Position numbers and translations under genes: made by a program. Below are positions 19,733 to 27,343 of a stretch of DNA of 64,000 nucleotides, one piece after another. Under the pieces are notes generated by a model that made no database searches, had not been told where the DNA came from, and worked only from the letters and a program-made list of their open reading frames with translations. Source of the stretch: Sedimentisphaerales bacterium (GTDB lineage Bacteria; Planctomycetota; Phycisphaerae; Sedimentisphaerales; SM23-30); assembly GCA_963666285.1 (NCBI GenBank), contig OY762711.1. One strand, written 5' to 3'. How positions within the stretch are numbered: position 1 is the first letter of the stretch; each line of letters opens with the position of its first letter.

Positions 19733-19872
19733 AACCAGTCTCATTTCTAAGTTTTTTCCTGTTTTAATCAAATTTTCTCTATATTTGTAACTTCTTTTAT
19801 TTAAGTAAGATATGTATAGTGTGCCTTATTTTACTTTATCTGTTAAGATTCATTTGATATGATACCGGGTCT

Positions 19873-20931
19873 ATGAAGACCGCAAAGTTACATTATGACC
19901 TTCCAGAAGAGCTAATAGCGCAGGAAGCGTTGCCGGACAGGACAGCCTCGCGGCTAATGGTGCTGGATAGAGTGTCTAAGTTGGTAGAACATAAGCATTT
20001 TAGTGATGTTATTGATTATTTATCTCCAGGTGATTGCCTGGTAGTAAACGAAAGCCGTGTTGTTCCTGCCCGTTTTTATCTTCGTCGCAGCAGTGGAGCC
20101 CAGGTTGAGGGATTATTTCTGCGAATAGCAGAGGGTGGGTATTGGGAGGTAATGCTGAAGAATGCCGGGCGGGTAAAGGATGCAGAAATACTTTATATGG
20201 TGCTTCCCGGTGATGAAATAAGGGACAATAGTCCGGGTTTTAAGGTATTGGGCAAGAATGAGCAGGGATACTGGCTCCTGGAGGCTCCGTATCGCGAATT
20301 TCAGGAGATTCTGGAAGAGTATGGTTCTACCCCGCTGCCGCCTTATATACGGCGTGATAAGCGGAATCCAAGCGAGCAGGCTGACCGGAAGCGGTATCAG
20401 ACAGTGTTTGCGGATACTGCGGGTTCGGTGGCAGCACCGACAGCGGGTCTTCATTTTGATGATGATCTGTTAAGACGTGTTGGTAAGAAGGGTGTAAGGC
20501 TGGCAAAAGTAACGCTGCATGTGGGTCCTGGAACATTTAAGCCGGTGGACGCGGAGGATCTGGAGGAGCACCAGATGCATAGCGAATGGTATAGTCTGGA
20601 TGAGGGCAATGCCGCGGAAATCAATCGAGCGAAGGAAATGGGTAACCGGGTTGTAGCGGTTGGGACAACTGCGGTAAGGACGCTGGAGACATGCGCGGAC
20701 GCCAACGGACGGGTAGCGGCCGGCAGCGGCTGGACGGATATTTTCATTATGCCGGGTTATGAGTTCAAGGTAGTTAAGGCGATGGTAACGAATTTTCATT
20801 TGCCGGGCTCGACCTTGCTGGCGCTGGTTAGTGCTTTTTATGGGTTGGATGAGACAATGGCTGCCTATAATCTAGCGGTGAAAGAGAGATATCGATTTTA
20901 CAGCTATGGAGATGCGATGCTAATTAAGTGA
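19873..20931 (+). CDS. queA: S-adenosylmethionine:tRNA ribosyltransferase-isomerase
   Basis: YDLPEELIAQ, PLPPYIRR, GSVAAPTAGLHF, TNFHLPGSTL, YRFYSYGDAMLI. Confidence 0.96.
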   Translation: MKTAKLHYDLPEELIAQEALPDRTASRLMVLDRVSKLVEHKHFSDVIDYLSPGDCLVVNESRVVPARFYLRRSSGAQVEGLFLRIAEGGYWEVMLKNAGRVKDAEILYMVLPGDEIRDNSPGFKVLGKNEQGYWLLEAPYREFQEILEEYGSTPLPPYIRRDKRNPSEQADRKRYQTVFADTAGSVAAPTAGLHFDDDLLRRVGKKGVRLAKVTLHVGPGTFKPVDAEDLEEHQMHSEWYSLDEGNAAEINRAKEMGNRVVAVGTTAVRTLETCADANGRVAAGSGWTDIFIMPGYEFKVVKAMVTNFHLPGSTLLALVSAFYGLDETMAAYNLAVKERYRFYSYGDAMLIK

Positions 20932-20977
20932 AAAATGAAAAGTTGCGGTGTCGCTATCGCGACCTTGTTTTAAAGCT
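20926..20977 (+). repeat. Heptad + hairpin + CTTGTTTTAAAGCT module overlapping the queA stop
   Basis: AAGTGAA AAATGAA AAGTTGC; GTCGC-TATC-GCGAC stem. Confidence 0.65.
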
Positions 20978-21003
20978 AAGCGAGAAAGAAGGTTAGGTGA
21001 TTG

Positions 21004-21102
21004 ATGAATGGCTCAATACTGCGAGAAAAAAGTTTTGCATTTGCATTAAGAGTTGTTACGCGAAAGAAGATTAAGTTTTTGAAAGCGGATTATTGGGATT
21101 AG
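21004..21102 (+). pseudogene. Truncated four-helix-bundle protein gene (TIGR02436 / 23S rRNA IVP-like N-terminus)
   Basis: AGGTGA RBS, then MNGSILREKSFAFALRVVTRKKIKFLKADYWD* (32 aa); EKSFAFALRVV resembles helix 1 of this family. Confidence 0.6.
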
Positions 21103-21153
21103 AGAAGGAAAGATTTTGTTAAGTATATTATTGAATATTAAAAGGAATAAATA

Positions 21154-22062
21154 ATGACAGTGGATGTAGCAGCTAAGATAGCGGAATTGAAAAAAGAACG
21201 AGATGCGATAATACTGGCACATAACTACCAGATAGGTGAGGTTCAGGATCTGGCAGATTTTGTAGGAGATTCGCTGGAGCTTAGCCGAAAGGCAGCAGCG
21301 GTAAAGGAAAGCGTGATAGTCTTTTGCGGCGTTCATTTTATGGCTGAAACAGCAGCGATTCTGGGACCTGATAAGACTGTATTGCTGCCGGATAAGAATG
21401 CCGGGTGTCCGATGGCGAATATGATAACTGCCGAGCAGTTGAGAGAGTTGAAGGCAGAGCATCCAGAAGCACTGGCAGTTTGCTATGTTAATAGTACGGC
21501 TGATGTAAAGGCAGAGTGTGATTATTGCTGTACGTCTGGTAATGCGTTAAAGCTGGTGGATAAGCTTCCTAAGGATCGCGAGGTTATCTTTGTGCCTGAC
21601 AGGCATTTGGGCAGTTTTGTGGCTGAGCAGTTAGGTCGAGAGTTGATATTGTGGCCCGGCTATTGTGCGACCCATGTTCGGATAACCGAGGAAGATATAG
21701 CTGAGGCCCGTAAGCAATATCCTGGGGCGCCGGTTATTGTGCATCCGGAGTGTCCGAAGAATTTGCGGGATGCGGCCGATTATTCGCTTAGTACCGGTCA
21801 GATGGTGGCGTTTGCTAAAGAAAGTGATTGTAATGAGTTTCTGCTTGGAACTGAGATTGGTATGCTGCACAGGCTGAAGATGGATTTTCCGGATAAGGAA
21901 TTTTATCCTGTGACAGATAAGGCTGTTTGCCCGAATATGAAGAAGATTACTGCTGAGAAGGTATTGTGGTCGCTGGAGAGTATGGAGACAGTTATCAAGG
22001 TTGATGAAGATATAGCGGTAAGGGCGCTGAAGGCTTTGGAGAACATGGTAGCGGTTCTGTAG
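21154..22062 (+). CDS. nadA: Quinolinate synthase
   Basis: ILAHNYQ, GDSLEL, FCGVHFMAETA, AGCPMA, YVNST, HPEC, CPNMKK. Confidence 0.96.
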   Translation: MTVDVAAKIAELKKERDAIILAHNYQIGEVQDLADFVGDSLELSRKAAAVKESVIVFCGVHFMAETAAILGPDKTVLLPDKNAGCPMANMITAEQLRELKAEHPEALAVCYVNSTADVKAECDYCCTSGNALKLVDKLPKDREVIFVPDRHLGSFVAEQLGRELILWPGYCATHVRITEEDIAEARKQYPGAPVIVHPECPKNLRDAADYSLSTGQMVAFAKESDCNEFLLGTEIGMLHRLKMDFPDKEFYPVTDKAVCPNMKKITAEKVLWSLESMETVIKVDEDIAVRALKALENMVAVL

Positions 22063-22091
22063 ATCGGTTTGACGCAAAGTCAAAATGGCTA

Positions 22092-22587
22092 AAGTGATGA
22101 GCGAAGAGTAAAGAATTGTGAAGTTTATTTTATTTAAGATTCATTTTAAATATATTCCCGTTGCATGAAAGCTGTTTAATTTGTATTTCAGTGGTGGTGA
22201 TACCAAAAGGTCGAAAATGGGCGATTTTGCCCCTTTTACGGCGGCGAACGGCGGTGAATTGAGGCCTTACGGCGGGCGATAAACGAGAACGGAGGCGAAC
22301 GGAGGGGTCGCGGCGGGCAGGGGATTGGACTGAAATTTGGTAAAATCGGTAGATTTTGGCGTTGGGCGGACCAAAAAATAAGTGATGAGTGAAGAGTTAA
22401 GAGTGAAGAATTGAGGTGTTCGCCTGGCGGCTCACGGCTTGTTTTAAAGCTGACGCGTAGGTAAAGTTCAATCAAAATTGCGGCACCTGAAGGATGTGAA
22501 GAGTTAGAAGAAAGAAGCGAGAAGGAAAACGATAAGCTTTGCTAAATGAAAAATGAATAATGAATAATTAAAAGTGAAAGTGTGAGG
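22092..22587 (+). repeat. Three heptad arrays after nadA (22092-22119, 22380-22450, 22544-22585)
   Basis: AAGTGAT GAGTGAA GAGTTAA GAGTGAA GAATTGA followed by GGTGTTCGCC..GCTCACGGCTTGTTTTAAAGCT; AAATGAA AAATGAA TAATGAA TAATTAA AAGTGAA. Confidence 0.75.
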
Positions 22588-22659
22588 TTCCCTGTGTTTA
22601 TTGGGACTGATGAATACGGATAAGTATTTTATTCTGCCAAAAGATCGTATAGATAAATT

Positions 22660-23448
22660 TTAATTTCCTAGTCCAAGCTTAAAAGGTTTTTTCCATAATA
22701 TTTCAGGCTTTTTGCCGTAATTTTGGATTAAATCATATAATTCATTTGAACTGCCGCGATAGGATATTACATCAATATCTGTTTTCCCAGAAGCTTTATC
22801 ATAAACCTCTTGAGTAATATACGAAACTGCTATTTTTCTATAGCCATAATCCAAAACAAGTAAGTTATCGCGTTGCGATAATTGAGATAAGATATTTGAA
22901 TCATCTTCAGGCAAATCTGAACTCCTAATCAGGTCTTTTCTTTCCTGCTTCCAACTTTCATATTCCGCTGGGTCATAATACATGCCGGGGCTTTGTAACT
23001 TATCTACGATAGCTTTAATTTGTTCCATATCCTGATAAATTCGTATTTTTGAATATGTCTCATCAAACTGAGGCGACTGAGATACTTTATCTTTAATGAA
23101 GTGAGTAATAGATACAGGGTAAATATAAGTAAGTCCGCATGAACCGCCAGAGGTAATAACTTGCCAACCACTTCCAATCCAGAAATGAACAAGTAATGGG
23201 AAAAACTTATCTCTTTCAAAATAAATTATTGTATCTTTTTCTAATTCAGGTAGTTCAAGATGGTTTACTTCGTTAGATTGTTTGATTTCAAATTCACCAG
23301 GAAATTCTGCATCTTGTTGTAACTCTTTTAATTCTTGCCGGATTTTTTTGGTTTCTTCACTCTCTGTGTTATGAGAACTATAGCCAATCCCAAAACCAAT
23401 GAGTAGAGTTACCAGCGTAGTAGTAATTACGATTATTTTATTATTCAT
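22660..23448 (-). CDS. Hypothetical membrane-anchored/exported protein, AT-rich
   Basis: 262-aa ORF with an N-terminal hydrophobic helix; no recognisable family. Confidence 0.65.
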   Translation of the reverse strand: MNNKIIVITTTLVTLLIGFGIGYSSHNTESEETKKIRQELKELQQDAEFPGEFEIKQSNEVNHLELPELEKDTIIYFERDKFFPLLVHFWIGSGWQVITSGGSCGLTYIYPVSITHFIKDKVSQSPQFDETYSKIRIYQDMEQIKAIVDKLQSPGMYYDPAEYESWKQERKDLIRSSDLPEDDSNILSQLSQRDNLLVLDYGYRKIAVSYITQEVYDKASGKTDIDVISYRGSSNELYDLIQNYGKKPEILWKKPFKLGLGN

Positions 23449-23472
23449 AAAAATTACCCTTAGTATAGGATT

Positions 23473-23860
23473 TTAATCAAACTTAATCATATTCAAGTTG
23501 GTCCAAAGATATATCTTAAAACTATCCTGATAAATAGGTGCTTTATCTTCATCGTATAGCACATCCCATTCTATATCATAGCCCTGTATCAGTTCTCTTA
23601 CAGTTTTGCCAGATTCACCAATTGTCAAGCCAAGTACAGATTCCAGATGAACTCTAAGTTTCAGGTTAATAAAGAATCTCTTATAGAATTCTTCTGCTCG
23701 TGTCAATAATTCAATATAATCGCCAATACCATCATGTGCAACAAAATTGTCGTGAAATCAGAAATATGCTTGTTAATTGTTATAGTAGGTAAAATAGACA
23801 CCACAAGCCTTGGCAAAATTATTATAGTTGTTTCCATATTTATGCAGTAGTATTTTATGC
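23473..23860 (-). pseudogene. Possible C-terminal gene remnant
   Basis: 77-aa ORF (TTG start, no clear RBS); the same frame extends upstream through two in-frame stops (23758-60 and 23773-75). Confidence 0.3.
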
Positions 23861-23974
23861 TTTGGGAATGTGTGAAGGAGGTGGGGTGAGAGCAGTCAGG
23901 GGAGGTGGTTTGTCGGAGTGGGAATTTCAATTGTGGTGTGGGATAATCTATTGACAATGTCTTTTGTTTTGGTT

Positions 23975-24002
23975 TTGATATTTGATGGATATTTGATAGA
24001 AT
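23975..24002 (+). promoter_or_regulatory. Candidate sigma70 promoter (copy 1 of a duplicated cassette)
   Basis: TTGATA-16 nt-TAGAAT with TGn extension; same arrangement at 27094-27121. Confidence 0.5.
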
Positions 24003-24081
24003 TGATTACAGAAAAGCGAAGTGTAAAGTCGGTCACTTTGAGTAAAATATAGTGAATTGGAGTATGCATTGATATATATGT

Positions 24082-26958
24082 ATGGTTGAGGTTTGGAGAT
24101 TTATGGTTGATAATAAAGCGGATAAGCGAAAAAGAAGATTCCGGTTGAGGAATATTATTATATTCTTTGTGGTACTGGTCTGTTTCGGTGGGGCATATTA
24201 TATATTGATGGGGCCGAGTACTGCCGAAGTCGAAGCCAGGGCCAGGAAAGCAGGGATATTGTATCTTGGGGAGGATATGAAAAAGCGATATGAGCCACTG
24301 CCTGCGATTGAGGATAACGCATTACCGGCGTTACAAGAGTTTTTTGATAATTGGGTGGGCTGGTACAGTTTTTTTAGGGAAAACCGTGGTAATTATTCAT
24401 TTAAGTATAATAAAGGTTATGTGCCGTATGGTAAAGATGACTTTCCAGAGCCGGAAAATATAGTGACCGGCTTGACTGAGGAGGAAAGGGCGAATCTTAT
24501 ATATTTCGTCGAGAAAAAAGATGATTATATTAATGAGCTTGTAAGGATAATACGCAGTAAAGGGAGTTACTACAGTCCTGAATGGCATGATGAAATATGT
24601 TCGATGGATGGTCTGTCAGAGATTAAATCAACGGTACAAATACTGAATTTGAAGGCTCTGTATTGTATCGAAACAGGTGACAGAGATGAAGCGATCAACC
24701 TGATAGCTGATATACATAAGCTTGCAGGTTATAGCAGGAGCAGGCGGAATGCGATAGGTGAACTTGTTGCGATTTCGGTAAGAGCTTTTGCTCAGCGAGT
24801 TTCATTGGCGTTGATAGAAAGGGGGCTGACATTAGCCCAGATAAACAAACTTGCCGAAGTAATACCTGATTATGGCGAAGAGATTTCTGTTGTGAATATG
24901 TTGACTTTGGAAGTCGGTGAATATAATGAAGTCGGCTTTGTGGTGGTCGGGCCGCATTCAAAGCCGGATAAATTGAAGTTTGTTAAGGAGAGCAGGTTTG
25001 TCAGGCAGTATCAGAAAATAAATATGCTGGAAAAGAAGATCGCATTTAAGCAGGAAATAATGAAGGGCGGTAAGTCGATAGATAATTTTTCGGGTCGGTA
25101 TGATGAATATATTCAAGAAATTGAAAGAGCCGGTACTAATGGGTTTTGGTGGAAAATATTTCATCAGGACGAATTTATGCAATACAGGTCTGATTGCAAT
25201 TGTATGAAAATGCTGTTGAGGACGGAGAATGTTAGCAGGATAGTCAGAATTGCGTTGGCGGAGGAACGATACTGGCTAAGTGAGGGTGAATATTGTTATG
25301 ACCTGAGACAGTTGAAGGGCTTGTACCCGGAACTGGAAACGGGCGATTTGTTTAACAGTAATTTAGGTTTTAATCTTGAGCGGATAGAAGATAGGAATGG
25401 GGAAGGGTATTTGTTGTGGTCGAAGGATTACGATCTGGATTACGATGAAGAAGATCCTCTATTGACGGCAAAATGGAGGCAGGGGTCTTATTGGAAAAAT
25501 CATGGCCGGTATGTATTGAAAATAGTAGAGAAAGAAGAGCTGATACGAATATGCTTTTTAGCTGATCAGCTGCCAGTTAAAGGATGTGATGGTTCAGGAG
25601 GGGATGAGCTTTTGGAGGAGCTGCTAAGTGGTGCGGCAGTTGAGATAGGAGCAAAGAGCAGGGGTGGGGTTGCTGATTATGGCAGGGTCAGGGCGGTGAT
25701 GGAGAAGCTGGTTGAAAAGGGGTATGCTGATGAGGTATTGCCTTTGGGCAGGAAAATAATAGAGGCAGGATGTAAGCAATCGGATGTTCCGGGTTTTGGC
25801 CGGAAAATAGATAAAACAGGTGAACAGGTAAAAGGCTGTGTGTCTGTTGCAGTGAGAGCATTGGAGCAATCGTCGTTGAGTGAGGTAGAAAGATATATCC
25901 GGGCAGTTGATTGGGCCAGGAGCGGAAATATTAATTCTGAAGAAATAAAGCCTTTGAAAGAATACATGGAGAGTCGAGATTCTAAGGAGAGTTGGAGTAT
26001 TACAGCGGATAAGCTGCTGGAAGAAATGGCGGATAAAGATTTTTCAAATATCAATGATGGTATGGTTAGAATTGGTGATAGAGAGTATTATACAAATTGG
26101 ATTGTGCACGCATTGAAGGAAGCAGGCCGGACCGATGAGATGATAGAGTTTTGTCGGAGAGAGGCTGAGATAATGGGTGATTCTTATCGGCTGATAGAGC
26201 GGTTGATTGAAGTTGAGAGGATTGATGAGGCGGTAGAATATATTTCGCCTGCAATACGGGCGATAGATGAGGATAACTGGTATAGTTCCGGTGATTTGAT
26301 TACACTGCATTGGTTCTATTTGACCGATCAGGGCAGCAGCCGGGATATGGCGAGATTTGATGCGGCAGATATCGCGTTTGGTGGTATAGTAGCGGGTAGC
26401 GATAAAGATTATATAGAAGAGCTTGGTGTGTGGGATGAAGCGCGGAAATGTATAATTGGATACTGGGTGACGGGCGTTTTGCCGTGGGAGGATGAGCTAT
26501 GGCCGCTGGGTATGCCGGAAAAATATTGGGTTGAGGTTGACAGGGATTTAGATGAAGCTGATTTTCCACTTTACGACCGGCTGATCGATTTTTATTTGTG
26601 GGAGGACAATACAAAAGAATTGTTTTTCTGGTATAAGCAGGCAAAAGAAAATAAGCATAGTATAGAGTTGAGGGATAAAGTATTAGACAGGGTGCTGTAT
26701 AAAGTTGCCGGTCAGAAGGAAGATCCGTTATTGGCGGCCATGGCAAAGATGGATACGGCGAGCAGGTTAATTAAAAGGAAGCAGTACTTTTGGGAGTCCG
26801 GAGCGAAGAATAATGTTTATGAGGCCAGGCAGCTGCTGCTGGAAAATGATATGGAGGAGCAATGGAAGGATATGTATGATGAATTCATGGACAGGTATAA
26901 AGATGAGTCAGGTTTTGTAGAGTCGCTTAAAAAGAGAATGGAAGAGAGAGGTTCTTAA
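24082..26958 (+). CDS. Chimeric hypothetical protein: TM-anchored helical domain + region like the C-terminus of SWIM zinc-finger family proteins
   Basis: N-terminal TM IIIFFVVLVCFGGAYYIL; RIALAEERY..GEY motif; DYGRVR..GYADEVLPLGR, NWIVHALKEAGR, LPW..WPL; family assignment from memory only. Confidence 0.55.
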   Translation: MVEVWRFMVDNKADKRKRRFRLRNIIIFFVVLVCFGGAYYILMGPSTAEVEARARKAGILYLGEDMKKRYEPLPAIEDNALPALQEFFDNWVGWYSFFRENRGNYSFKYNKGYVPYGKDDFPEPENIVTGLTEEERANLIYFVEKKDDYINELVRIIRSKGSYYSPEWHDEICSMDGLSEIKSTVQILNLKALYCIETGDRDEAINLIADIHKLAGYSRSRRNAIGELVAISVRAFAQRVSLALIERGLTLAQINKLAEVIPDYGEEISVVNMLTLEVGEYNEVGFVVVGPHSKPDKLKFVKESRFVRQYQKINMLEKKIAFKQEIMKGGKSIDNFSGRYDEYIQEIERAGTNGFWWKIFHQDEFMQYRSDCNCMKMLLRTENVSRIVRIALAEERYWLSEGEYCYDLRQLKGLYPELETGDLFNSNLGFNLERIEDRNGEGYLLWSKDYDLDYDEEDPLLTAKWRQGSYWKNHGRYVLKIVEKEELIRICFLADQLPVKGCDGSGGDELLEELLSGAAVEIGAKSRGGVADYGRVRAVMEKLVEKGYADEVLPLGRKIIEAGCKQSDVPGFGRKIDKTGEQVKGCVSVAVRALEQSSLSEVERYIRAVDWARSGNINSEEIKPLKEYMESRDSKESWSITADKLLEEMADKDFSNINDGMVRIGDREYYTNWIVHALKEAGRTDEMIEFCRREAEIMGDSYRLIERLIEVERIDEAVEYISPAIRAIDEDNWYSSGDLITLHWFYLTDQGSSRDMARFDAADIAFGGIVAGSDKDYIEELGVWDEARKCIIGYWVTGVLPWEDELWPLGMPEKYWVEVDRDLDEADFPLYDRLIDFYLWEDNTKELFFWYKQAKENKHSIELRDKVLDRVLYKVAGQKEDPLLAAMAKMDTASRLIKRKQYFWESGAKNNVYEARQLLLENDMEEQWKDMYDEFMDRYKDESGFVESLKKRMEERGS

Positions 26959-27093
26959 ATTATGAATTATGGATGCTGGTTATGAAACAGGCTGAGGAAT
27001 TGTGATACTTTTAATATAAGTCTAAATCCAGTAAATATGATAAACTGGCTTTGGTGTTGGATTAATCTATTGGGAATGTTTTTTGTTTTGGTT

Positions 27094-27121
27094 TTGATAT
27101 TTGACGGATATGTGGTAGAAT
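27094..27121 (+). promoter_or_regulatory. Candidate sigma70 promoter (copy 2) upstream of alpha-2-macroglobulin
   Basis: TTGATA-16 nt-TAGAAT with TGg extension. Confidence 0.5.
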
Positions 27122-27123
27122 TT

Positions 27124-27280
27124 ATTACTCAAACTGACCGATGGTCAATTTGAGAGGTATTAGTTATTTGGTATTAGGGAAGGTTTGCCGCAAAGCGGCA
27201 AGTTAATTAAATCATTAATGTAACAATTTGCATTAAATTGTGTTACAGCAATAAAAAGTGTAAAGTCGGTCACTTTGATT
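27124..27280 (+). repeat. ~160-bp dispersed element, copy 2, with imperfect terminal inverted repeats
   Basis: ACTCAAACTGACCGA ... TCGGTCACTTTGA; internal TTGCCGC-AAA-GCGGCAA hairpin. Confidence 0.75.
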
Positions 27281-27343
27281 AGATTATAAATAGCTTAGCG
27301 TTTAAGTTGTTCATGGATGAACGAGATATTCAAGGATTGGATT

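Noticed and set aside
22236..22475. 79-aa minus-strand ORF
   Set aside because: It reads through the reverse complement of a heptad array (SSLLTLHSSL) and the GC patch; probably spurious.
23864..23922. G-rich tract as a G-quadruplex
   Set aside because: Four G3+ runs are present but the loops are 12-17 nt, and the + strand is G-skewed throughout.
23703..23957. 84-aa minus-strand ORF
   Set aside because: It overlaps the G-rich tract and the promoter repeat, has no RBS and has atypical composition.
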